In this document: piece by piece, positions 31,052-41,892 of the stretch | Numbering within the stretch: the first letter of the stretch is position 1 | Layout: every line of letters begins with the position of its first letter | From: an uncultured delta proteobacterium | GTDB taxonomy: Bacteria; Desulfobacterota; Deferrimicrobia; Deferrimicrobiales; Deferrimicrobiaceae | Direction of reading: 5' to 3' | NCBI GenBank assembly: GCA_963770975.1 | Contig: CAVYRM010000008.1 | Coordinates: forward strand, 79,858-143,857 | DNA: 64,000 bases | Program-made: the position numbers and the translations under genes | The notes under the pieces: model-generated | Seen by the model: the letters and a program-made list of their open reading frames with translations, nothing else | Told to the model about the DNA's origin: nothing | The model's database searches: none

Positions 31052-31711
31052 ATGCGGGGAACCCGGTTCGCGAAAGGAATCGTACTGGTGCTGGCGATTG
31101 CCCTGGTGGCGTTGTCCGCGGGGTGCTTCGGCAAGTTCCAGCTGACGCGCAAGGTGTACGACATCAACAAGTCGGTCGACGACAAGTACGTCCGCAGTGC
31201 GGTGACGTGGGTGTTCCTCATCATCCCGATCTACGAAATCGCCGCGCTTGCCGACGCCGTCGTCTTCAACGTGATCGAGTTCTGGACGGGAGACAATCCC
31301 GCCAGCTCGGAACCGGCGGCGAAGGTGTATGAGCGGGGGGACACCAGGGCGTTCCTCTCCCTTTCCCGCGACGGATCCGCAACGACGGCGGTGATCGACC
31401 GGTACGAAGCGGGGATCCTGGTTTCCACGCTTAGGATCCGCGATGACGGCCTGGGCAGTGTCACTGCGGTCGAGACGGCGTCCGGGAGGAAGGTGCGGGA
31501 GGTTTCCGCGGTCGCGGCGGCGGACGGGTCGGTGGACGTCACGGTGCGTACCGCTTCGGGGACGGACTCGGAGAGGTACGCGGCAACGGCCGTGCGCACG
31601 CTGATGACGCGTACGGCCCGGATCGTGTCGGAGGCCGCGCAGGCGTCGAACGGCACCTCCGGGAAGATCCCCCTGGCTGCGACCGCGCGGGTCCCGGCGT
31701 ACGGGGGGTAA
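31052..31711 (+). CDS. DUF3332-family lipoprotein.
   Basis: The lipobox is LVALSAGC. It is followed by FGKFQLTRKVYDINKSV...VFLIIPIYEIAALADAVVFNVIEFWTG, which is characteristic of DUF3332. Confidence 0.65.
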   Translation: MRGTRFAKGIVLVLAIALVALSAGCFGKFQLTRKVYDINKSVDDKYVRSAVTWVFLIIPIYEIAALADAVVFNVIEFWTGDNPASSEPAAKVYERGDTRAFLSLSRDGSATTAVIDRYEAGILVSTLRIRDDGLGSVTAVETASGRKVREVSAVAAADGSVDVTVRTASGTDSERYAATAVRTLMTRTARIVSEAAQASNGTSGKIPLAATARVPAYGG

Positions 31712-31745
31712 GGCGGAAGCACGAAGCGGATTTCACGGAGGCAAG

Positions 31746-33206
31746 ATGAGGTTCCTCGGCATTGCGTTGCGGGATCGCGGGCTGCAGTTCAAGCTCACGA
31801 TGGTCATGTTGATCCTGTTCGCCTGTTCCCTGGGGTCGGTCCTGATCCCATACCTTTGGGGGAGGGATTCGCTGAAAAAGGACCTCGAGAAGAGTTTCCT
31901 CGAGCTGTCCGACGCGATCAGCGTCAGCGTCGACCAGTTGACGACCCCGGGGAACTCGGAGGAGGACCGGCTGTACCATTATGTCGAATCGCTGAAGAAA
32001 CGGGGCATCCGCGAGGTATCGATCGTCGATGAGGACATGGGGGTCATCGACAGCACGAACCCCCGGGCGATCGGCCGGCCGGCGAAGATCAAGCTGCCGC
32101 CGGAGAAACTCGTGATCAACGCCACCTTCGGCGACTTCTCGGGAGAGAAGGTCCAGTCCCGGGACCTCGTGGTCCCGGTGAAGGTGGCCGGAGACACGCT
32201 CGGCTACATCCACGTGCGGATGCAGATCGACGATTTCACCGAACCGATACGGCGCAACCTCTACATGCGGCTTTTCAGCACCCTCCTCATCTTTTCGGGA
32301 GGGCTCGTCCTCGCGATCATCATCTCCTCGCACTACGTCTCCCCCGTGGAGCGCCTGGCGCACGCCGCCGAGACGGTGGCGGCGGGTGACCTTTCGCAGG
32401 AGCTCCCCGTGGAGGGAAAGGACGAGGTGGGCCGGCTCACCCGCACCTTCAACGAGATGATCATCCGGCTTCGCCAGAACCGGGTCCTGGAGGAGGCGGT
32501 TCGGGAAAACCAGTACCTCTCCCAGCTCGGCCAGCTCTCCTCGGGGGTGGCCCACGAGATCCGCAATCCCCTGAACTTCATCGGGCTCGCCGTGGACCAC
32601 CTCGATGCGGTGACGTCGGGAAAAGGGGTCGAAGGGGAGGCGGAGAAGCGGCAGGTCATCGGAAGGATCAAGGAGGAGATCGGGCGCCTGAACGAGCTGG
32701 TCACCAACTTCATCCTGTACGGTCGTCCCCCGATGCTCGAGCGGGTGCCGGTCCGGGTTCCGGAACTTGCGGACGGGGTCCTCCGGATGGCGGAGGGCCG
32801 CCTCCGTTCGCAATCGATCGCCGTCCACACGGAGTACGGGGACGCCGTGGAGATCCAGGCCGATCCCGACATGCTGCGCCGGGCGCTCGTGAACCTGGTG
32901 GGAAACGCCATCGACGCGATGCCGAACGGGGGGACGCTCACCGTTTCCTCGGCCTGCCGGGACGACGGGAGGTACGGCATCGTGGTGGGGGACACGGGCG
33001 TCGGCATCCCGCCGGAAGACCTCGGGAAGATCTTCGAGCCTTATTTCACGACCAAGGCGTCCGGTCTCGGCCTGGGGCTGATCCTTACGAAGAAGATCGT
33101 CGACGCGCACGGCGGGGAGATCCTCGTGGACTCCTTACCCGGAAACGGCACCCGGATCGAGATCGCCCTCCCCCCGGGGGCCCCCACGGAAGAGATCCCC
33201 GGATGA
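31746..33206 (+). CDS. Sensor histidine kinase (2TM periplasmic domain, HAMP, HisKA, HATPase).
   Basis: It has the HAMP segment PVERLAHAAETVAAGDLSQELPVEGKDEVGRLTRTFNEMI, the H-box SGVAHEIRNPLNFI, the N-box NLVGNAIDAM, and the G-boxes GDTGVGI and GLGLGL. Confidence 0.85.
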   Translation: MRFLGIALRDRGLQFKLTMVMLILFACSLGSVLIPYLWGRDSLKKDLEKSFLELSDAISVSVDQLTTPGNSEEDRLYHYVESLKKRGIREVSIVDEDMGVIDSTNPRAIGRPAKIKLPPEKLVINATFGDFSGEKVQSRDLVVPVKVAGDTLGYIHVRMQIDDFTEPIRRNLYMRLFSTLLIFSGGLVLAIIISSHYVSPVERLAHAAETVAAGDLSQELPVEGKDEVGRLTRTFNEMIIRLRQNRVLEEAVRENQYLSQLGQLSSGVAHEIRNPLNFIGLAVDHLDAVTSGKGVEGEAEKRQVIGRIKEEIGRLNELVTNFILYGRPPMLERVPVRVPELADGVLRMAEGRLRSQSIAVHTEYGDAVEIQADPDMLRRALVNLVGNAIDAMPNGGTLTVSSACRDDGRYGIVVGDTGVGIPPEDLGKIFEPYFTTKASGLGLGLILTKKIVDAHGGEILVDSLPGNGTRIEIALPPGAPTEEIPG

Positions 33207-34561
33207 AGGGAACGGTGCTCGTTGTCGACGACGAACGGAACCAGAGGGAGATCCTCGGGGCGATCCTGAAAAGCGAAGGGTACACTCCGTTGCTGGCCTC
33301 GGGGGGGGAGGAGGCGCTCCGTTCCCTCGAACGGGAGGCGGTCGACCTGGTGATCACCGACCTCGTCATGCCGGGGATGACGGGGGAGGAGCTGATCGAC
33401 GCGGTCCTGGCCCGCAACCCCGGGATCCCCATCCTGCTCACCAGCGCCTACGGCACGATCCAGACGGCGGTCGACGCGATCAAGAAGGGGGCGTACTACT
33501 ATTTCGAGAAGCCCGTCGACCGGGCGCGGCTTCTGATCATCGTGGAACGGGCGATCGAGAACCTCCGCCTCCGGGAATCCCACAGGGTGCTGTCCGAGAA
33601 GCTCTTCCCCGGCGCCATGCCGATCCTGGGCGAGCACCCGGCGATCCGTGAGATCAAGCGGATCCTTCCGCGCATCGCGAGGAGCGAGAGCACGATCCTC
33701 CTGACCGGCGAGAGCGGCACGGGGAAAGAGGTGATCGCGCGCAACATCCACTCCATGAGCGGCCGCTGCGCCGCCCCGTTCCTTGCGGTCAACTGCGCCT
33801 CCCTCCCCGACTCGCTGATCGAAAGCGAGCTGTTCGGTTACGAACGCGGCGCGTTCACCGGCGCAGTGCGGCGGGAGATCGGCCTGTTCGAGGCCGCCGG
33901 AGGAGGGACGATCTTCCTCGACGAGATCGCGGAGGTCAAGCTGGAGACCCAGGCGAAGCTCCTGCGCGCGTTGCAGGAAAAGGAGATCCGCCGGATCGGC
34001 GGGAAGGAGAACCTCCCCGTGGATGTCCGGATCGTCACGGCGACGAACCGGGACCTCGAGGAAGCGATGCGGGCAGGCAAGTTCCGGGCCGACCTCTTCT
34101 ACCGCCTGAACATCGTGAAGCTCACGCTACCCCCGTTGCGGGACCGCATCTCGGACATCCCGATCCTGGCGGAGCATTTCCTCGCCAAGCACGGGGAGAA
34201 GGGCGTTCCTCCCGTCAGGGAGGTGACGAAGGACGCGATGCGCCTCCTGATGCGGTATCCCTGGCCCGGAAACATCCGCGAGCTCTCCTCCGCCATCGAA
34301 CGGGCGGTCGTCCTGGCGGAAGGGGGGAAGATCAGTCCCGCCGAATTGCCGCTGGAGCTGCGGGAGGGGGCGGATGCCATACCCGCCCGGGCGTTCGACC
34401 TTCCGCCGCAGGGGGTGGAGTTCGAGAAGGTCGAGGAGCACCTGTTGCGGCAGGCAGTGGAACGGTCCGGCGGCGTGCATACGCGGGGGGCGGAACTCCT
34501 CCGCATGAGTTACAAGGCGTACATCTATCGGTTGAAGAAATTCGGCATCCTTCCCTCCTGA
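33203..34561 (+). CDS. Sigma-54-dependent response regulator (NtrC family: REC, AAA+, Fis-type HTH).
   Basis: It has the receiver VLVVDDERNQ...DLVITDLVMPGM, the Walker A GESGTGKE, the GAFTGA loop, ESELFGYERGAFTGA, RADLFYRLNIV, and the C-terminal HTH RGAELLRMSYKAYIYRLKKFGI. Confidence 0.9.
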   Translation: MKGTVLVVDDERNQREILGAILKSEGYTPLLASGGEEALRSLEREAVDLVITDLVMPGMTGEELIDAVLARNPGIPILLTSAYGTIQTAVDAIKKGAYYYFEKPVDRARLLIIVERAIENLRLRESHRVLSEKLFPGAMPILGEHPAIREIKRILPRIARSESTILLTGESGTGKEVIARNIHSMSGRCAAPFLAVNCASLPDSLIESELFGYERGAFTGAVRREIGLFEAAGGGTIFLDEIAEVKLETQAKLLRALQEKEIRRIGGKENLPVDVRIVTATNRDLEEAMRAGKFRADLFYRLNIVKLTLPPLRDRISDIPILAEHFLAKHGEKGVPPVREVTKDAMRLLMRYPWPGNIRELSSAIERAVVLAEGGKISPAELPLELREGADAIPARAFDLPPQGVEFEKVEEHLLRQAVERSGGVHTRGAELLRMSYKAYIYRLKKFGILPS

Positions 34562-34598
34562 CGCGCGTGCCGTCCTTCATGGAACCTGGAAACGGGCC

Positions 34599-34618
34599 GA
34601 TTCCCCATTTGGGGAATC
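34599..34618 (+). promoter_or_regulatory. Perfect 9-bp inverted repeat, a candidate enhancer (UAS) for the adjacent sigma-54 activator.
   Basis: GATTCCCCA-TT-TGGGGAATC. A half-site-like GGGATTCCCA recurs about 35 bp downstream. It sits about 95-110 bp upstream of the candidate -24/-12 element. Confidence 0.35.
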
Positions 34619-34710
34619 CATGCCTTAAAAGGGGTGTCCAGGGCGGGATTCCCAGGGGGTTGTTTTATATAACATAAGGTATTTCAATGATTTATATACT
34701 ATGGGGTGGT

Positions 34711-34726
34711 TGGCATTCTACTTGAA
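34711..34726 (+). promoter_or_regulatory. Candidate sigma-54 promoter (imperfect -12 element).
   Basis: TGGCAT-N5-TTGAA has correct GG spacing, but the -12 element reads GA rather than GC. It lies about 50 nt upstream of ATG 34773. Confidence 0.35.
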
Positions 34727-34772
34727 TATTACCTGCCCAAGCATCCAAATACTCCCTTTGGAGGGGAAAAGA

Positions 34773-35261
34773 ATGAAGAAGATTTTCGCGGTAGTGATGG
34801 CGGTTGCGTTTGCGATGTCGATCGTCGGCTTCGCGGTCGCGGCGGAGAAGGCGGCTCCGGCTGCGGCACCGGCGGCGGCGGCTCCGGCGAAGGCGGCCCC
34901 GGCGGACAAGGCAGCACCGGCGGAGAAGAAGGCCCCGGCGGAGAAGAAGGCAGCGAAAGCGAAGGTCCAGTCGGTCACCGGCTCGGTCGAGGCTCTCGAT
35001 GCGGCGGCGGGCACCCTCACCGTGAAGGGGAAGAAGGGGAACGTGGACCTGAAGGCCGGCGAGAAGGTGAAGCTGGGCGACTTCAAGGTCGGTGACAAGG
35101 TCGTCGTGAAGTATTCCGACGGCGTTGCCTCCACCGTGAAGGCCGTGAAGGCGAAGAAGGCGGCGAAGAAGGCAGAGCCGGCGGCGGAGAAGAAGGCCGA
35201 GCCGAAGGCCGACGCCCCGAAGGCGGCGCCTGCCCCGATGAAGCCGGCGGAGAAGAAGTAA
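34773..35261 (+). CDS. Small secreted protein with Ala/Pro/Lys-rich low-complexity flanks around a roughly 60-aa beta-rich core.
   Basis: The ribosome-binding site is GGAGGGG. The signal peptide is MKKIFAVVMAVAFAMSIVGFAVA. Then come AAPAAAPAAAAPAKAAPADKAAPAEKKAPAEKK, the core VQSVTGSVEALDAAAGTLTVKGKKGNVDLKAGEKVKLGDFKVGDKVVVKY, and a KAEP-rich tail. Confidence 0.6.
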   Translation: MKKIFAVVMAVAFAMSIVGFAVAAEKAAPAAAPAAAAPAKAAPADKAAPAEKKAPAEKKAAKAKVQSVTGSVEALDAAAGTLTVKGKKGNVDLKAGEKVKLGDFKVGDKVVVKYSDGVASTVKAVKAKKAAKKAEPAAEKKAEPKADAPKAAPAPMKPAEKK

Positions 35262-35312
35262 CCCGTTTATTTCCGGGTACCGGTTCGGCCCCACAAGGGT
35301 TTGGACCGACGG

Positions 35313-35343
35313 GCGGGGGGACACAATCCCCCCGCTTTTTTTT
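35313..35343 (+). terminator. Rho-independent terminator.
   Basis: The stem is GCGGGGGG / CCCCCCGC with a 7-nt loop, followed by eight T residues. Confidence 0.8.
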
Positions 35344-35360
35344 ATGGGTGCTCTATTCCA

Positions 35361-35570
35361 TAAATACGGTAACGCGACATGAACGGGATGCAGGGTGCAG
35401 CGGGGGGTTCCACGCAGCGGCGTCTGGAGCGAAGTGGAGACATGGACGTCGGGAACGAGCGGAGGCGCAGGCGAGGAGACCAGGGACGGTCGACGAGCCG
35501 TAGCGGAGTGGAAGCCCCCCGCGAGCCCGGAGTCCTACATTCCTGTGGTCACAAGTTTACCGTATTTGTG
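35361..35570. ncRNA. About 210-nt long imperfect hairpin between convergent genes. It is a candidate structured ncRNA (rod-like, 6S-type shape) or a MITE-like palindromic element; the strand is unknown.
   Basis: Nested complementary segments: AAATACGGTAA (35363-35373) pairs with TTACCGTATTT (35558-35568). GGGATGCAGG pairs with CCTACATTCC (9/10). GCGGGGGG pairs with CCCCCCGC. TTCCAC pairs with GTGGAA. The only ORF here (35379-35576) is Arg/Gly-rich and looks non-coding. Confidence 0.3.
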
Positions 35571-35581
35571 AAATGAATCGC

Positions 35582-36139
35582 CTAGTGGTACCGCCCGAGG
35601 TCCGCGTGGATCTCCCGCAGGGCCTGTTCCATCCGTGCGCGGCACGTCGCGTCGTCCTGGAGGCATAGCCGCTCCGCCTCCTCCATCACGGCAATCCACC
35701 GCTGGCGGTCCTGGCGCAGTTTCCCGACCCAGTCGTTGAAGGCCTGGGCGAGCGGTTCGATCTCGTCCCCCTCGCGGAACGACACGGGACGGGTGGGGGA
35801 ACCCGCCCGGAACGATTCCATCACCCGCTCCATCCTGTAGAGCGGCCCGGCGACCTTGTGAAGGCCGTAGACGCACAACGCCGCGGTGGCCCCGCACACG
35901 AGAAGAACGTAGACGAGGACGGAGGTGGCGATGATCGGCCGGAGAAAAACGGACAGGTTGCGCAACGCGTGGAATACGCTCCCGTAGTCGCCGGTGAACG
36001 GCCGGGAGAGGACGAAGTAGAGGATGCCGTAAAGGAGAGCCGTTCCCCCGGCGAACGCGAGGCAGAGCCGGAGGAGGAACCGGAACCGGTACCCCCGGCT
36101 GATCAGGGGGGCGGCCCCGACGTTCATCGAATGATTCAT
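35582..36139 (-). CDS. Stand-alone 2TM membrane protein with a HAMP-like cytoplasmic segment.
   Basis: There are two hydrophobic helices (LCLAFAGGTALLYGILYFVL and VLVYVLLVCGATAALCVYGL). Then HKVAGPLYRMERVMESFRAG...PLAQAFNDWVGKL. No output domain is present. Confidence 0.5.
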   Translation of the reverse strand: MNHSMNVGAAPLISRGYRFRFLLRLCLAFAGGTALLYGILYFVLSRPFTGDYGSVFHALRNLSVFLRPIIATSVLVYVLLVCGATAALCVYGLHKVAGPLYRMERVMESFRAGSPTRPVSFREGDEIEPLAQAFNDWVGKLRQDRQRWIAVMEEAERLCLQDDATCRARMEQALREIHADLGRYH

Positions 36140-36699
36140 GGCGCGATCTCCCGGATCTTCCGTTTCAGCTCAAGCCATCGCAGCCTGAACGGATCGATGG
36201 CGAGGCCGCTCGCGGCAAGGGCCTCCGATTCCTCGCGGACCGCAAGGACCTGCCGAAGGATTTCCGCGCGGGTGGCATCCGCCAAACTCCCGAACCGCGA
36301 GAACTCCATCATTCCCCGGGCGTCGGTCGGCGTCGACAGGTCCCCTTCCCCGGATGCGCGGAACACGTCGATGACCCGTCCGATCCCCCGCCGGGTCGCA
36401 TGGATGAAGTAGAAAAAGACGGCCACGCCGAGGCACGAGACCGTGACGAAGAGCCCGGCGAGATGCCGCAGCAATTCCTCCCGAACGATATCGTACGGAG
36501 AGTCCATCATGTAGTGCCCCTGCTTGGCGGCCGCCCAGAGGGCTTTCCCCAGGTCGCGGTATACCAGGGCTCCGAACGCGATGCCCCCCGCGACGACCAG
36601 GGCGGAGAAGACTAGGGCGATGCCGCCCTGGAAACGGGGATTGATATAGTGGATCTTCCTCCGGAATGTCAGTTCGCGCCCTTCCGACGGGGTCTTCAC
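36136..36699 (-). CDS. Stand-alone 2TM/HAMP-like membrane protein, a paralog of 35582-36139.
   Basis: GTG 36699 overlaps the cytochrome stop (GTGA). It has RRKIHYINPRFQGGIALVFSALVVAGGIAFGALV, a second TM segment LAGLFVTVSCLGVAVFFYFI, and then HATRRGIGRVIDVFRASGEGDLS. Its length (188 aa) matches the paralog (185 aa). Confidence 0.5.
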   Translation of the reverse strand: MKTPSEGRELTFRRKIHYINPRFQGGIALVFSALVVAGGIAFGALVYRDLGKALWAAAKQGHYMMDSPYDIVREELLRHLAGLFVTVSCLGVAVFFYFIHATRRGIGRVIDVFRASGEGDLSTPTDARGMMEFSRFGSLADATRAEILRQVLAVREESEALAASGLAIDPFRLRWLELKRKIREIAP

Positions 36700-37223
36700 A
36701 GGTTCTCGTGGCACGCGTCGCATAGGCTCGACCACCCTTCCGCCGGATTCGATCTGCGGAGAAAAAGCGTTTTGTAGTAAGCCACCCCGGAGGTGTTGGT
36801 GGCGAAGACGGTCTGCTTCGGATACGTCTTCACCGTGGAAAGGTACGGGCCGTGCGCGGTGTGGCACGTCAGGCACATCATCCGCCTGTCGTCATCCAGT
36901 CGGAAGTCGGCGGGCACCTTCATCTTCCAGTATTTGTCGCTCGGGCGCACGTTCACCGGATGGGATCGGCCCAGGCTGTCCTTCCGGTGGCATCCGAGAC
37001 AGACCGCATCCGTTTCCGTCGAAAAACGGTCGGGCTCCATCTGGCCTTTGTACGAGATGTGGCATTTCAGGCACTGCTGGGAGTTCTGGAAATAGGCGTG
37101 GGGGTTCCCCCGCGGGTAGTAGTCGGCGGCGACGAGGACCATGGCGATGCAAAGCAGGGCGGCCGGTATCGCCGGCCACCCCGCCGAAAACCGTCTGCCG
37201 GGTATCTTCACCGCCTCCGGCAC
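36696..37223 (-). CDS. Small membrane-anchored or secreted tetraheme c-type cytochrome.
   Basis: The anchor is WPAIPAALLCIAMVLVAA. The 4 CxxCH motifs are CLKCH, CLGCH, CLTCH and CDACH, with the motif SHPVNV between hemes 2 and 3. Confidence 0.75.
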   Translation of the reverse strand: MPEAVKIPGRRFSAGWPAIPAALLCIAMVLVAADYYPRGNPHAYFQNSQQCLKCHISYKGQMEPDRFSTETDAVCLGCHRKDSLGRSHPVNVRPSDKYWKMKVPADFRLDDDRRMMCLTCHTAHGPYLSTVKTYPKQTVFATNTSGVAYYKTLFLRRSNPAEGWSSLCDACHENL

Positions 37224-37226
37224 GGC

Positions 37227-38351
37227 TCACTTCACCCGCGCGAAATTCTCCATGAAGGCGGCAAGCGTCTCCACCCATTCGTACGATACGGCGTTGTAGA
37301 TGGAAACCCGGATTCCTCCGACCGAGCGGTGACCCTTCAGCCCGATCATCCCGGCCTTTTTCGCATCGGCGATGAACCGTTCCTCGAGTTCCGGGCTCGG
37401 CAGCCGAAACACCACGTTCATCACGGACCGGCTCTCCCGCTCCACCGGCGAGCGGAAGAATTCCGGGTTGCCGTCGATGATTCCGTAGAGCCGCGCCGCC
37501 TTCTTCCGGTTGATCTTCTCCAACCCGGCGAGGCCCCCCTGGCCCTTCAGCCAGGAGAGGACGTTGCGCACCATGTAGACCCCGAAGGTGGGGGGCGTGT
37601 TGTAAAGGGACTTGTTCTCGGCGTGGGTGCGGAACTGGAAGATCTTCGGGATGTCGGTGCGTCCCTGTTCGAGAAGCGCCTTCGACACCACCGCCACCAC
37701 CACGCCCGAGGGGCCGATGTTCTTCTGGGCGCCGGCGTAGACCATCCCGAACTTCGTCACGTCGAACGGCCGCCAGAGGAAGTCGCTGGACATGTCCGCG
37801 ATCAGGGGCACGGTGCCGGTGTCGGGGAAGGGGCGGGACGGGTTGACGTTGTATTCGACGCCGTGGATCGTTTCGTTCGACGTGATGTGGACGAACGCGT
37901 CGTTCGGGTCGGCCTTCACTTCGGAAGGAGCCGGAACACGGGTGTAGCTCTTGTCCTTCCCCTCGCCGGTCCCCAGGTTCCGGGAAGCCGCCTCCGCGCC
38001 GAACATCCCCGCGACGATCTTTCCCTCCCCGAACGCCTTCTGTCCCCAGGCGCCGGTCACGACATACCGGGCGGTCTTCCCCTTGACGAGGAAATTCATG
38101 GGGATCAGGGCGAACAGCGCGGTGGCTCCGCCCTGCAGCAGCAGGACTTCGTAGGTGGCCGGGACGCCGAGGAGCTCCCGTACGAGGGCGATCGCCTCGT
38201 CGTGGACCGCTTCGTACTCCTTTCCCCGGTGGCTGTGCTCCATCACCGACATCCCGCTTCCGGAGAAGTCGAGAAACTCGTCGCGGGCGCGCTCCAGTGC
38301 GGGCAATGGAAGGGCTGCGGGTCCGGCGTTGAAATTGATTTTTCTGTTCAT
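37227..38351 (-). CDS. serC: Phosphoserine aminotransferase.
   Basis: [22 protein letters not shown]...[13 protein letters not shown]...[12 protein letters not shown]...[12 protein letters not shown]...[14 protein letters not shown]...NTPPTF...[15 protein letters not shown]. Confidence 0.9.
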   Translation of the reverse strand: MNRKINFNAGPAALPLPALERARDEFLDFSGSGMSVMEHSHRGKEYEAVHDEAIALVRELLGVPATYEVLLLQGGATALFALIPMNFLVKGKTARYVVTGAWGQKAFGEGKIVAGMFGAEAASRNLGTGEGKDKSYTRVPAPSEVKADPNDAFVHITSNETIHGVEYNVNPSRPFPDTGTVPLIADMSSDFLWRPFDVTKFGMVYAGAQKNIGPSGVVVAVVSKALLEQGRTDIPKIFQFRTHAENKSLYNTPPTFGVYMVRNVLSWLKGQGGLAGLEKINRKKAARLYGIIDGNPEFFRSPVERESRSVMNVVFRLPSPELEERFIADAKKAGMIGLKGHRSVGGIRVSIYNAVSYEWVETLAAFMENFARVK

Positions 38352-38584
38352 GGCGTGTCCTCGCTTGGGCGCGCAGGGGATTGCCGCGGGTCGCGCCGCG
38401 TTGCCGGCCGCGGGCCGGGTGAAGGACCTTTCCCAGGGTCCCCCGCATTTTGCCAAGGTCCGGCCGCACCTTCAAGCGATTTCTCGGGCTCCCGCGATTG
38501 ACTTTTCGGGGTCCCTTTGATACGTAATGCAGTTGCCGTTTCCCCCGGATTATCCAACGAACAGGAAAACAGGAGAAGACGCGC

Positions 38585-41590
<3,006 letters not shown>

Positions 41591-41598
41591 CCGTGCGC

Positions 41599-41676
41599 GT
41601 CCCCATCGTCTAGTTCGGCCAAGGACACCGCCCTTTCACGGCGGCGACGCCGGTTCAAATCCGGCTGGGGACGCCA
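41599..41676 (+). tRNA. tRNA-Glu (anticodon TTC).
   Basis: The acceptor is GTCCCCA/TGGGGAC. The anticodon arm is CCGCC-CTTTCAC-GGCGG, the T-arm is GCCGG-TTCAAAT-CCGGC, and CCA is encoded. Confidence 0.9.
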
Positions 41677-41825
41677 CATTCTCCCGTTGCTGCGTCATTG
41701 CGCCGGATTTGAACGGGCGAGTGGCGCCGAGCGATCAGCGAGGAATAGCGCGACGCACGGGAGCGCGACAGCCACGAGCCCCGCCGCGAAGGCCGGAGCC
41801 TTGGATGGGCGACGGCTCAGGCGGG

Positions 41826-41859
41826 CAAATCCGGCTGGGGACGCCATTCTTCCGTTGCT
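41826..41859 (+). repeat. Duplicate of the 3' end of tRNA-Glu plus its downstream flank.
   Basis: CAAATCCGGCTGGGGACGCCA (41656-41676) recurs exactly at 41826-41846. The flank CATTCTCCCGTTGCT recurs as TTCTTCCGTTGCT. An inverted, degenerate T-arm copy (GCCGGATTTGAAC) lies between them at about 41702-41714. Confidence 0.8.
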
Positions 41860-41892
41860 TTTTCCCCGATCCAAGTAAAAAATGGTGCGGTC

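Noticed and set aside
34830-34960. GC-rich short tandem-like DNA (GCGGC/GGCGG repeats).
   Set aside because: It encodes the Ala/Pro/Lys low-complexity N-terminal tail of the small secreted protein at 34773-35261, in frame with a signal peptide. It is not a non-coding satellite.
35379-35576. A 65-aa ORF predicted in the convergent intergenic region.
   Set aside because: The translation is rich in Arg, Gly and Glu and there is no ribosome-binding site. It lies entirely within the nested inverted-repeat structure, so an RNA or repeat element is more plausible than a protein.
41687-41878. A 63-aa ORF between tRNA-Glu and the GltD-like gene.
   Set aside because: It spans the tRNA-fragment repeats, has no ribosome-binding site, and has a low-complexity Ala/Arg/Gly composition.
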